From a candidate division FCPU426 bacterium (lineage in GTDB: Bacteria; Oederibacteriota; JAAXVQ01; JAUVAV01), in contig JBFLYH010000001.1 of the NCBI GenBank assembly GCA_040756875.1, forward strand, positions 224,001 to 288,000: a stretch of DNA of 64,000 nucleotides. Reading direction: 5' to 3'. Made by a program: the position numbers and the translations under genes. Position 1 is the stretch's first letter. Each line of letters begins with the position of its first letter. Shown here piece by piece: positions 35,527-45,049 of the stretch. Under the pieces are notes generated by a model that saw nothing but the letters and a program-made list of their open reading frames with translations, did no database searches and had not been told where the DNA came from.

Positions 35527-37485
35527 TCACTTTCCGAACAGGTTTTTCAGCTGTTCCTGCGCTTTTTGCTTGGCCTGGTCTTCGGCCTGCTTTTTTTGCT
35601 GATCCACGGCCTGTTGGGCCGCGGCCTGCTTCTCCTGGACGGCCTTCTGGATGGCCGCGATTTTATCCTGCACGCTGCCTTGGGTCGAAGTGATGTCGCC
35701 CAGGGCCCCGGATTTGGAGAGCCCGTACTGGTCCAGCAGCTCCTTTTGCTTGGCGGCCGCGTATTTGTTGATCTCCGCCATGAGCTTGGCGCGCACCTCG
35801 GCCAGCTTTTCGCCGGCCATGGCTTTGAGCCGGTCGCCCAGCAGCCGGTCCAGGTCCGACGAGAGCGAGAGCTGTAAATCATCGCCCCGGCCTTTCACTT
35901 TGGCCTGCAGGTTCACGCGGTTGACGCCCTGCCACAGTTCGGCCAGCAGTTTCTTGGCTTCGTCCCCGGTCCCTGCCGCCGGCGGCTTCAGGCCCGAAAG
36001 CGCGGCTTGCAAATCCGCCTCCAGCTCATCGCCCTGCAGGGTGAAGCGGCTGGAAAAAGCCACCTGGCCCGCGGCCAGGTTGGGCATATAATCCGACGAG
36101 GGCAGGTGCAGGCTGGAGGCGGCCAGCCCCTGGGCGGAAAGGGCCACGGTGTCCTTGGGCACGTCGGCCGTGTGGTCCAGCACGGCGGTCACGTCGTAGA
36201 CGCGGCCGGACTGGGCGCCTTTGATTTCGGCCTTGGTCGGCAGGCCCAGGAGGCGCGGGTCGGAGGTGATGTTGGTCACCAGGCCCACGAAATCCACCGG
36301 CTCGCCGGTCTTGCCCGGCCCGCCCGTGCTGCCCGTGAGGGAGAGCTTCTGGATCAGGAAGGCCGGGGGCACTTGGGCGAGGGGGAAGCTGACATCCAGG
36401 CCGTGCAGCCGGGGCTGCACGACTTTCTTGTCTTTTTCCTTGCGAGGCGGCATATACCGCCGGGCGGTGTTGGCCAAATCCACGAATTGCCGCACCCGGG
36501 ACAGCCAGAGCGGGCCCACCAGGCTGCGGGTCAGATTTTCAAAGGACAGAGAAGGCAGCTGGAGCTGGCTGGAGAGCGCGGCCAGGTCCTTTTCCTTCCA
36601 CTCGTTCAGCTTTTGCGTCAGCGAGGCGGCCTGGCCGAAGTCAGACTCAGCCTGGGCCTTCAGTTGCTGCAACTGCCCTTGCAGGGCCTGCAGCTCCTGG
36701 ATCTTGCGCTGCGCGGTGTCGATCTTGTCCTTGGCCGCGGCCGCGTCCTGCGCCGAGCGGATTTGCATTCCCTTGAGTTCTTCGAGGGCGGGTTGCACGG
36801 CCTGCACCTTGGCGGCCACATCCAGGTTTTGCAGTTTCTGGCGGTACTGGCCGGCCTTGTTCTGGGCTTCCTGTTTCAAGGCTTCGGCCTGCTTGAGGGT
36901 TTCCAGGTTCTCCGGTTTGACCACGCCCTCCAGGGACAGCGACGAGATCTGGTTCTTCACTTTTTGGATGTTGTCCCAGGCCGGCAGAGCCTGCCATTCG
37001 GTCTCGGCCTGGGTTTCGAGCTTGGCCAGCAGTTTGCCCGTGGGGCTGTCCGCCGGCGCCAGGCGCGCGGCGTAGCTTTTCTGTTTGGCCGGCGGCAGGG
37101 CACCCGAGGTTTTGCGCTCCGTGCCCCAGCGCAGGCCCGTGAGGCTCGCCTCCTCGATGTTCAGTTTCTTGGAGAGCAGGGGCAGGGGCTTGATGGCCAG
37201 CCGGGCGGATTCGAATTCCACCAGGTTGGTCATGGGATTGTCCTTGTTGGCCGCGGCCACGCCCCGCACGGTCAAAGACAGGTCCGACCATTTCAGCTTG
37301 AGGCTGGCGATTTCCACTTTGGCGCCCAGAGCCAGTTCGCCGGCCATGATCAGGCCGCGCTTGAGGAGCGCGTCCAGGAAGAAATAATTGAACGCCAGGA
37401 CCAGGCCGATGACGATGGCCGCCGGCAGGGCGTATTTCCAGCGGATCACTCCGGTTTTCTTGGGTTTGGGTGTCTTGGGTTCCAT
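35527..37485 (-). CDS. TIGR03545-family protein (AsmA-like with coiled coil)
   Basis: IRW plus TM helix, GAKVEI, PMTNLVE, long Q/K-rich helical region, SSDLD; TGATG-coupled to the upstream gene. Confidence 0.75.
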   Translation of the reverse strand: MEPKTPKPKKTGVIRWKYALPAAIVIGLVLAFNYFFLDALLKRGLIMAGELALGAKVEIASLKLKWSDLSLTVRGVAAANKDNPMTNLVEFESARLAIKPLPLLSKKLNIEEASLTGLRWGTERKTSGALPPAKQKSYAARLAPADSPTGKLLAKLETQAETEWQALPAWDNIQKVKNQISSLSLEGVVKPENLETLKQAEALKQEAQNKAGQYRQKLQNLDVAAKVQAVQPALEELKGMQIRSAQDAAAAKDKIDTAQRKIQELQALQGQLQQLKAQAESDFGQAASLTQKLNEWKEKDLAALSSQLQLPSLSFENLTRSLVGPLWLSRVRQFVDLANTARRYMPPRKEKDKKVVQPRLHGLDVSFPLAQVPPAFLIQKLSLTGSTGGPGKTGEPVDFVGLVTNITSDPRLLGLPTKAEIKGAQSGRVYDVTAVLDHTADVPKDTVALSAQGLAASSLHLPSSDYMPNLAAGQVAFSSRFTLQGDELEADLQAALSGLKPPAAGTGDEAKKLLAELWQGVNRVNLQAKVKGRGDDLQLSLSSDLDRLLGDRLKAMAGEKLAEVRAKLMAEINKYAAAKQKELLDQYGLSKSGALGDITSTQGSVQDKIAAIQKAVQEKQAAAQQAVDQQKKQAEDQAKQKAQEQLKNLFGK

Positions 37486-37997
37486 CACAGTTTCTCCTTG
37501 ATGCCCAGGGCCGTATTCAGGCCGCTGAGCCACTTGACCACGCCCACTTTGCCCACGCGCTCCCGCCAGTGGGCGCGGTAATAAAGGATGAAGGCGCGGG
37601 TGAGGAAGATGACCGGGATCACCAGGATCAGCGCCAGCACGAAGCTGCCCAGGACCACAGTGTTGTTGAATCGCGTGAACGGCACGACCGGCAGGTTATA
37701 CAGCGCGGTCCAGAACGGGGTCAGGCTGTCGTTGGAAACCAGCAGGGCGAATCCCAGCTTGTGCGCCACCGGGTCCAGCAGCGCGGCCAGGCCGGAGAAC
37801 AAGGCCGTGGCCACGGTGGCTGAGGCCACGTTCACGTTGAGGAAAAAGAGCAGAATCATCAGGAGGTAATTCTGCGGGCCGTTGAAGGGCGAAAATCCCA
37901 TGAACAAACCAATGGCCACGCCGCCCGCGATTTGCATGGGCGAGTTTTCCGACTGTAAAATGGTGAAAACGCTTTTAACCGCTCGCAGACCGATCAT
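37485..37997 (-). CDS. TIGR03546-family membrane protein
   Basis: SENSPMQIA, LDP..H..G, PFTRFNNTVVLGS. Confidence 0.82.
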   Translation of the reverse strand: MIGLRAVKSVFTILQSENSPMQIAGGVAIGLFMGFSPFNGPQNYLLMILLFFLNVNVASATVATALFSGLAALLDPVAHKLGFALLVSNDSLTPFWTALYNLPVVPFTRFNNTVVLGSFVLALILVIPVIFLTRAFILYYRAHWRERVGKVGVVKWLSGLNTALGIKEKL

Positions 37998-38037
37998 GTC
38001 AGCCTCCGGCTGAGGGGATGGATTTAAAAACGGCGGT

Positions 38038-38066
38038 ATTGTAGCGCCCTTTTCCCGGACTGGCAA
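38038..38066 (-). promoter_or_regulatory. Sigma70 promoter of the TIGR03546 operon
   Basis: Minus strand TTGCCA-N17-TACAAT. Confidence 0.6.
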
Positions 38067-38149
38067 GGGGGAAGAAAAGGGAACCTGACCGCGGGGGGAC
38101 GCTCCACAAGACGCTCGCCCTGATTGTGGAAGTTATATATAATGGAAGC

Positions 38150-39031
38150 ATGCTGCCCAGGACCGCCACTGTGAGTGAAACCCTGGTACCGCTCTCTTCC
38201 CGCGACAAACTCCTGGCGCTCGAACAGGCGGGGTTCAAACGCACCCGTCTGGCGCGCCTGGCCGGCGTGGAATACATGACTATTTACCGCTGGTTCACAG
38301 GCGCCAGTGAACCGCGAGCGCGTCTGGGAGGACGCATCGACTCGCTCTATCGCGAGCATATCGACCTGCAGCCCCTGGTCGAGAGTCTGCAGAGGCCGGA
38401 TCTCCTGGAAAAATTGCGGCAGCGCTCCGCGCTCCGGGAACATTTCTTTCTGGAAGCCACCTATCATTCCCTGGCGCTGGCCGGCGCCAAGCTGACATGG
38501 GCCGACACGCGCGAGGCGCTGGCCGGCGTGCTTCCGGCCGGCGCGCTTTCCCCCGGGGCGACGGCGGCGCTGAATCACCGGGAGGCGCTGGCCTGGATGG
38601 TGGAACAGGCGGTGCGGGAATCCGCGCTGGGCGAAGCCCACCTGCTTGAGATGCACGCCACGGCCATGCGCGGCGAGCGGGAAGCGGCGCCGGGCCGTTT
38701 ACGCGGCGCGGCGGACGGGCTGCGGGGCTGGCTGGAAGCGTGCGGCCGTCCTGATTCCCATCCGGCGGGCCGGGCCGTACGCCTGCACCATGCTTTCCTG
38801 CGCCTGCGCCCTTTCCACCGGGGCAACGGCCGGGTCGGGCGCCTGCTGTTGCAGGCGCAGCTGCTCGCGTGCGGATTGCCGCCGGCTTTGATCCGCGTGG
38901 ACAACCAGCGCGAGTACGAATGGGGGCTGAATCAGGCGGATCAGGGGGATTTCAGGTATCTGGAGCGCGTGGTCAACGAGGGCATCTTGCGCGGGCGCCG
39001 CCTGCTGTCGGAGGGGGAGCGCAGTGCCTAG
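38150..39031 (+). CDS. XRE-like HTH fused to a Fic-family domain (degenerate motif)
   Basis: LARLAGVEYMTIYRW HTH; RPFHRGNGRVGR in place of HPFxDGNGRxxR. Confidence 0.78.
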   Translation: MLPRTATVSETLVPLSSRDKLLALEQAGFKRTRLARLAGVEYMTIYRWFTGASEPRARLGGRIDSLYREHIDLQPLVESLQRPDLLEKLRQRSALREHFFLEATYHSLALAGAKLTWADTREALAGVLPAGALSPGATAALNHREALAWMVEQAVRESALGEAHLLEMHATAMRGEREAAPGRLRGAADGLRGWLEACGRPDSHPAGRAVRLHHAFLRLRPFHRGNGRVGRLLLQAQLLACGLPPALIRVDNQREYEWGLNQADQGDFRYLERVVNEGILRGRRLLSEGERSA

Positions 39032-40400
39032 GCGCGCGGGCTGGTATTGGCTGGCAGGCTTGTGGTGGATTGCGGGCGCGGCCTGGGCGGCGGAGCCGGT
39101 GCGCGTGGTGCCCGGGCCCGAAGACCTGCCCCGCGTGTCGCCTGAAATGCGCACGGCCGATTTCTGGATCGGCCGTCTCGAAGCGCCGGACGAAGTGCTG
39201 GTGTCAGCCGGCCAAGCCCAGGCCGAAGCCCGGGCCTGGCAACAGGCCGGTTATTTGATCGATGTCTTTTCGCTGCCGGACCCCGTGCCGCGGGAACTGT
39301 TGCGGGAATGGCTCCGCAGCGACATCCCGTACCTGCGACGCGTCGGACTTTACGGCAGACAGGGTCAGCGCCTGGGCGAGGCGGATTACCGGCGGATCAT
39401 CGACAACCTGGCGCTGGCGAAGGTCAGGGCCGGCACGCCCCTGGCTTTCGGCCTGGCCGTGCGCCGCACGCCCCTGCGCCTGTTTCCCACGGAGGAGACG
39501 GCCACCGCCAAGCCTCTGGATCTGGAATTCAACCAGTTGGTGCATACGGCTTTGCGTTTCGCCGAACCCGTGGCTATCCTGCACGCCAGCCAGGACCAAC
39601 GCTGGTGGTTTGTGGCCGCGGAAGCGGGGCGGGGATGGGTGCTGGCTGAGGACATCGCCCGCGCCCCGGACCCGAAGATGGTGCGCGAGTACGCATTGCG
39701 CGCGAACGTGAAAATCGTGGACCGGACCGCGCGGTTGCGCGGGGATGACGGCGCGCTCTGGACGGAAGCGGTGGAAATGGGCTGCGAACTCGCTCCCGGC
39801 AGTTCGGGCGAGAGCGTGCTGGCGCCCAGGCGGAAAGCGGACGGCGGGTTGTCGTTGGCGCCCGCGCGGGTCGAACCGTCCGAAGCCGCGGCGGCGGGCG
39901 GATGGCCCTGCACCCGCCGCAATCTCCTGATCTTGGCGTTCCGCCTGCTGGACGCACCCTATGGCTGGGGCGGGGAAAGCGGGTTTGGCGACTGCTCGGA
40001 GATCATCCGGCGCATGGGACTGGCCTGCGGCCTGCGCCTGCCGCGCAGCACGGCCGATCTGTCCCGGGCTTTGGCCGGCGAGGAACTGCCCGCCGGGCCG
40101 CGGGCCAAAGCCGCGCGCCTGGCTGCGGCCCGGGGCGGCGCGGACCTGATCCTGCTGCCCGGGCACGTCATGCTGGCAGTGGGAACAGTTGAAGGACGGC
40201 TGTTTGTAGTGCATAATCTTTATGGCATCCAGGCGCGCGACGCGGATGGCGATTTCATCCGGCGTCTGGCGCGTGTGGTGGTCAGCGACCTGTCGCTGGG
40301 CGCAGGCAGCCGCAAAGGTTCATTGGAACAACGTGCCAGCCGGCTGCTGTCGATCAATCGGCAAGGGGATGCCGGGAAACTGAAAACGGATAAGGAATGA
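39024..40400 (+). CDS. SH3-domain NlpC/P60 peptidoglycan endopeptidase
   Basis: Signal peptide, LRLFPT, ILHAS...W..V...GWV (SH3), PYGWGG...DCS, PGHVML. Confidence 0.82.
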   Translation: MPRRAGWYWLAGLWWIAGAAWAAEPVRVVPGPEDLPRVSPEMRTADFWIGRLEAPDEVLVSAGQAQAEARAWQQAGYLIDVFSLPDPVPRELLREWLRSDIPYLRRVGLYGRQGQRLGEADYRRIIDNLALAKVRAGTPLAFGLAVRRTPLRLFPTEETATAKPLDLEFNQLVHTALRFAEPVAILHASQDQRWWFVAAEAGRGWVLAEDIARAPDPKMVREYALRANVKIVDRTARLRGDDGALWTEAVEMGCELAPGSSGESVLAPRRKADGGLSLAPARVEPSEAAAAGGWPCTRRNLLILAFRLLDAPYGWGGESGFGDCSEIIRRMGLACGLRLPRSTADLSRALAGEELPAGPRAKAARLAAARGGADLILLPGHVMLAVGTVEGRLFVVHNLYGIQARDADGDFIRRLARVVVSDLSLGAGSRKGSLEQRASRLLSINRQGDAGKLKTDKE

Positions 40401-40466
40401 CTGAAAACGGAAAGCAAACATTCGCGTTTCTGGACGTTTTCGGCTTTCCCGACCGGAGGCTGGGGC

Positions 40467-41015
40467 ATGTTTGACTGGTTGATGAGGCGCGCGGGCGGAA
40501 AGATGCTGCTCCTGGCTGTGGGGCTGATCGCCGCGCTGTGGGGCGCTGGCTTGGCCTGGGTGGCTTCCTCGCCGTTGATACGCGTGATCGTAAGCCGGTT
40601 GCCGGAACTGCACTGGAACAGGGATGCCGTCTACTTTTTCGAGACCATCGTGGTCTACGAACAGCACCGTGCTTCTATTTGGCTGCTGTACGGCCTGGAC
40701 AGCGTCGCGGCCGCCGGGATTTTTCTCTTTTTCGCCGCTTGGTTGGGGTGGGCGCTGCGGCGCGGGCAGGCAGGCCCCGCCGGCCCGGCCTGGGTGCTGA
40801 CCCTCCCGTTTCTGGCGTTGGTTGGCGATTGGTGGGAAAACAGCTTCGTGCTGTTTTTCATTTCGCTCTATCCCACGCCCCTCATTATCCAGCTGTTTCC
40901 TTTGTTCCGCTTCGTCATGCTCGCCCATTTTGCTTTGTTGGCTTTGAGCGGCCTGGCCGTCCTGGCGGCCGCAGGCGTGTGGGGGCTGCGGAAAATTATC
41001 GGAACCAAATCCTGA
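40467..41015 (+). CDS. Hypothetical membrane protein
   Basis: About four hydrophobic segments, DWWEN motif. Confidence 0.55.
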   Translation: MFDWLMRRAGGKMLLLAVGLIAALWGAGLAWVASSPLIRVIVSRLPELHWNRDAVYFFETIVVYEQHRASIWLLYGLDSVAAAGIFLFFAAWLGWALRRGQAGPAGPAWVLTLPFLALVGDWWENSFVLFFISLYPTPLIIQLFPLFRFVMLAHFALLALSGLAVLAAAGVWGLRKIIGTKS

Positions 41016-41022
41016 CGGCTGG

Positions 41023-41595
41023 TCAGCGCCCGGTGCGTCGTTCCTGGGCGCGCAGGTAGAGCACTGCACCGGCGACTTGCGCGGCCAGCAGCAACAGGCC
41101 CGCGGCCAAAAAACCACCCTGGCCGAGCAGGGCGAGCACCAGCGACAACAAAGCCGCGTTCAGGGCGGCGATGGCGTACATGAGGAATGACTGGGAACTG
41201 AGCCAGTTGAAGTAGCGCGGATAAGCGGCGTCGGTGTACATGCCGCTCTGGTTGCGGAACCCCAGGGGTTTCATGTCCAGGAAAAGCCGGCGCTGCTCGT
41301 TGAGGTAGCGCATGCAGCCCACGAAGTAGACCCGGTTGCGCACCACCAGCCCGAACAAACCCAGGCCGAAACACAAGGCGATCAGAAAACCGGCCACAAT
41401 GGCCAGGGTCAGGTCTACGTGTTTCTCCACCGCGAATTCGAAGAGGCCGATGCCACCGCCGGCGATCACCGTGAAGAAAGTGGCCAGGAATTTGAAAATG
41501 TCCACGCTCTGGGAATCATAGTGGCGGGCCTGTTCGAAACACCGGTCGAAATCCGCCTGTAAAAATTTAAGCCCTGCGTCCGCGTTTTTAGCCAT
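41023..41595 (-). CDS. Hypothetical four-TM membrane protein
   Basis: Two hydrophobic helix pairs; starts 3 bp after the upstream ORF. Confidence 0.6.
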   Translation of the reverse strand: MAKNADAGLKFLQADFDRCFEQARHYDSQSVDIFKFLATFFTVIAGGGIGLFEFAVEKHVDLTLAIVAGFLIALCFGLGLFGLVVRNRVYFVGCMRYLNEQRRLFLDMKPLGFRNQSGMYTDAAYPRYFNWLSSQSFLMYAIAALNAALLSLVLALLGQGGFLAAGLLLLAAQVAGAVLYLRAQERRTGR

Positions 41596-41598
41596 TGG

Positions 41599-42156
41599 TT
41601 ACTCCCATGTGAATTCCCACAAACAATATTCGTCTTTGCGGGCCATGCATTTGGGGTGCTTTCCCCTGGGATTCTTGCCGTTGGACATGCGCACCAGTTC
41701 TTCCATGAACGGCGTATGGGAGAACTCGTGATTTAAAGGGATGTCGGGATATTCGGACAACTGAAGGATGCTGAGGTGGTCTTTTTCCTCGATGACTTCC
41801 ATTTTTCCGACGTCGAAATACTGGCGCCAGACTTGGGCCGCCCGTTTAATGACGAAGTGCGGCGAGGTCAGGGAGATAAAAAACTTATAAATGCCGCTGA
41901 AATGCTTGCGGGCCGTGTACCGGGCCGATGCGTCGATCAGGGAATAATCGCCTTTGCCCAGCACTTTGTCGGCGGCGAACATATAGCGAAGATAAGCGCC
42001 GTAATCCAGCCACATGACCGGTACGATTTTTTGGCGCCACAGGGCCTGGTCTTCCGGCGCGAGAGAATCCAATACGCTGCGTACGCCATCCGAACCGTAA
42101 GTCTTTGCAATAAACTCCTGCACGTCCAGCCAACGGGTTGCTTTCACATTGCCCAT
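41599..42156 (-). CDS. Hypothetical protein, TIGR02265/V4R-like fold
   Basis: GNVKA...G.DG...VL, W.QYFD.G, C-terminal CMARKDEYC.WEFTW; GGAGG RBS. Confidence 0.6.
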   Translation of the reverse strand: MGNVKATRWLDVQEFIAKTYGSDGVRSVLDSLAPEDQALWRQKIVPVMWLDYGAYLRYMFAADKVLGKGDYSLIDASARYTARKHFSGIYKFFISLTSPHFVIKRAAQVWRQYFDVGKMEVIEEKDHLSILQLSEYPDIPLNHEFSHTPFMEELVRMSNGKNPRGKHPKCMARKDEYCLWEFTWE

Positions 42157-42350
42157 GGTCAGCCTCCATGCGAATGATCATCTATTTTAAACGATATTTA
42201 TCTTTGCGTATGCTTTAAAAATGCGGATAATAGGCCGGTGTTCGTGAAAATGACGGAGGGGTCCGCCCGTTTCTCGGCTTGGCCTTGCCTATCCATTCCA
42301 CAAAAGCGACCCGTCTTCGCGGTATCTATCACTCTTGGGAGGGAAAAGGA

Positions 42351-44990
42351 ATGAGTCTGACGAAAAAAAACGGGATGGCACGTCTGGTCTTGCTCGCAAC
42401 CGCGGTTTTGGCGGCTGCGACGGCCCGGGCGGCCACGATCACGGTCACCAGCCTCGAAAACAGCGGAGCCGGCACCCTGCGCCAGGCGATCCTGGACGCG
42501 AATAGCGGGGACATCATTACCTTCGATACCACGGCCATGGGCGGGAATTCCATCACCGTGTATTCGGGGATCAATCTCGGCAAGCAGCTCACCCTGGACG
42601 GCGAGGACAAACAGGTGGTGATCGGCGCATCCGGGGGGTTCATCATCTTTTACTCGGATGCGACGGGTTCGGGCAGCATTATCCGCAATTTGTCCCTGGT
42701 GAATTGCGGCCAGGCCATTTATCTCTATCAGGCGGACAACGTCCAAATTTTAAATTGCCGGCTGGGGGTGGATTGGTCGGACACGGACCTGGGCAATTCC
42801 TGGGGCATCATGGCTCATGAATGCGACGGCGTAATCATCGGCGCGCCGGGCCAGGGAAACGTGATTTCCGGCAACAGCGAATACGGGATCGTCCTGAGGA
42901 ATAGCTCCCGCGCCGTCATCCAGGGCAACCGCATCGGCACCAATGCCGCGGGCACGCTGGCCATGCCCAACCAGATCGGCATCCGCGTGCTGGACGGCAG
43001 TTTCAGCACCCTGATCGGCGGCGACCGCACGGCCGGCGAAGGCAACGTGATATCCGGCAATTCCATGCACGGCGTTGAAATCAGCAACAGCGACGGCTAC
43101 GGCGGCACGGGCGAGCCCGCAACCGGCAATACGCTGGCCGGCAACACCATCGGCCTCAGCTTGAACCAGGGCGCGCGAATCCAAAACAACACCCACGGCG
43201 TCCTGCTTTCCTACGCGCCCTATAATCAGATCGGCCTGCCGGAAGCGGGCAAGGGCAATGTCATCGCCGGCAACGGCAATTATAACCTCATCGTCCAATA
43301 TTCGAGTTTCACCCGGGTCCAAAACAACCGCGTCGGGATTAATGAGTATGATTCGGTCAGCTTTACCAACAACTACGGCATGGCCATCAGCGAGTCCAGC
43401 GGCTGCCTGATCGGCGGAGACCGTCAGGTGTCGGCTTACGAGCGCAATATTATTTCCGGACACAATATCAGCGGCCGGTTCGGCATCAATTGCGGGGCCG
43501 CCAACGCCATGGGCAACACCATTTCCGGCAACATTATCGGCCTGGATTCCACCGGAACCGTGGCCAGACCGAATTCGATCGGCATTTATTTAAGCGGCCG
43601 TCAAAGCTGCGTAGGCGGCGCCAATACCGGCGGCGCGTATGGCAACCTGATCAGCGGCAACGCTGAGGTCGGTTTGGACATCCGCGGCCGGGAGAACGTG
43701 GTGCTGGGCAATTGGATCGGGCTAAACGCCGCCGGAGACGCGGCCCTGGCCAATGGCATCGGCCTCTCGCTGACCGGGACGGCCTCGGTATACAACGAAA
43801 TCGGCGATGGCACAGCCGCGGGGCGGAACGTGATTTCTGGCAACGCCCAGGAGGGGATCAAATGCTCGGCCGGATTCGGGCACCGCATCCTCAATAATTA
43901 TATCGGAACGAGCGCCGACGGATTGCAGCAAGTCAGCAACCAGAGATATCCCGTGCGGTTATATGGGGCCGCTGGCTGCCTGATTGGGCAGGAGAGCGCC
44001 GGCAACCTGATTTGTGGCCGGTCAGGCTGGCAGGGCGTCAACATGACTTCGCCCGAATGCGCAGGCAACACCCTTGTGGCCAATTCCTTCAATCTGCTAG
44101 CCGACGGGTCCCTGGCGCCGGAAGCCATTACGGCTTCTGTCATCATGGAAATTGGCCCGCACGACAACTCTGTGGGTTTGAGAAGCTCGGGAGTGGGCAA
44201 CCTGCTGGTGGGCGCGGACAATGCCATTGCCCTTTATTCCGGCACCACGGTGAACAACGGCTTTTTCGGCAACACCATCTGCGGTTTCACCAATACCATC
44301 ACTGCGCTTGGCATCAGCCTCAATAGCGGAGCCAATAACGGAAAGGCCGCGCCGGTCATTGCCGCGGCGTTGGCGTCGCTCATCTCTGGAACCAGCGGCG
44401 CGAATGATTATATTCAGATCTTCCGATCCAACCGTGCGGAAGGCTATGCCGGCGGCAGTCTGGCCTTGCTGGGGACCACAGCCGCCGATGTGTCAGGCGA
44501 CTGGTCCTGGACTCCTTCGGGTCTTGTTTATGGCGATGTGGTGACAGCCCTGGCTACGGACCCGGCCAAAAACACTTCCCAGTTTTCGAATAATGTGTCC
44601 GTGGAGGGACTGGCCACACCTACGCCCACGCCTACGCCGGTGATCAGCCCGACTCCCACAGCGACGAACACTGCCACGCCCGCGGCCACCGGCACTCCGT
44701 CCAATCCCCTGGCCAACGCGGACCTGGCTGGCAAGGCCGTGGTGGCTTTCCCCAATCCGGCCAAGGACCGGATGACCTTTGTCTTCCATCTCGAGGCTGC
44801 GGCCAAGGTGGAAATCCGGCTGTACAACCTGGCGGGCGAGCAGGTGGCGGCCTTGTCTGGCGACTTCGCGGCCGGCAGGGGACAGAGCTTGGCGTGGAAC
44901 CTGTCCGGCATCGCTCCGGGCGTGTATGTGGCGCGGATGCTGGTGAATGGAAATGAAAAAGCCAAAGCCAAGGTGGCGGTGGTGAAATGA
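42351..44990 (+). CDS. Secreted right-handed beta-helix protein with Pro/Thr linker and T9SS-like C-terminal domain
   Basis: Signal peptide, SGAGTLRQAI, many GNVISGN/GNxIG repeats, TPTPTP, FPNPA...YNLAGE...APGVY. Confidence 0.82.
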   Translation: MSLTKKNGMARLVLLATAVLAAATARAATITVTSLENSGAGTLRQAILDANSGDIITFDTTAMGGNSITVYSGINLGKQLTLDGEDKQVVIGASGGFIIFYSDATGSGSIIRNLSLVNCGQAIYLYQADNVQILNCRLGVDWSDTDLGNSWGIMAHECDGVIIGAPGQGNVISGNSEYGIVLRNSSRAVIQGNRIGTNAAGTLAMPNQIGIRVLDGSFSTLIGGDRTAGEGNVISGNSMHGVEISNSDGYGGTGEPATGNTLAGNTIGLSLNQGARIQNNTHGVLLSYAPYNQIGLPEAGKGNVIAGNGNYNLIVQYSSFTRVQNNRVGINEYDSVSFTNNYGMAISESSGCLIGGDRQVSAYERNIISGHNISGRFGINCGAANAMGNTISGNIIGLDSTGTVARPNSIGIYLSGRQSCVGGANTGGAYGNLISGNAEVGLDIRGRENVVLGNWIGLNAAGDAALANGIGLSLTGTASVYNEIGDGTAAGRNVISGNAQEGIKCSAGFGHRILNNYIGTSADGLQQVSNQRYPVRLYGAAGCLIGQESAGNLICGRSGWQGVNMTSPECAGNTLVANSFNLLADGSLAPEAITASVIMEIGPHDNSVGLRSSGVGNLLVGADNAIALYSGTTVNNGFFGNTICGFTNTITALGISLNSGANNGKAAPVIAAALASLISGTSGANDYIQIFRSNRAEGYAGGSLALLGTTAADVSGDWSWTPSGLVYGDVVTALATDPAKNTSQFSNNVSVEGLATPTPTPTPVISPTPTATNTATPAATGTPSNPLANADLAGKAVVAFPNPAKDRMTFVFHLEAAAKVEIRLYNLAGEQVAALSGDFAAGRGQSLAWNLSGIAPGVYVARMLVNGNEKAKAKVAVVK
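44703..44980 (+). repeat. CTD-coding segment duplicated at about 46583-46860
   Basis: Long identical runs, e.g. GGCAAGGCCGTGGTGGCTTTCCCCAATCCGGCCAAGGACCG and CCGGGCGTGTATGTGGCGCGGATGCTGGTGAATGG. Confidence 0.85.
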
Positions 44991-45049
44991 AATAGGGGTT
45001 TAATAGTGGCCCTTTAACGCGCAAACGGGATTTCCCGGGGGTGGAAAAC

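Noticed and set aside
36007-37581. 524-aa plus-strand ORF
   Set aside because: Antisense to the TIGR03545 gene; a codon-bias artefact
40379-40411. 12-bp direct repeat ACTGAAAACGGA around the NlpC/P60 stop
   Set aside because: Two short copies only; no further support for a function
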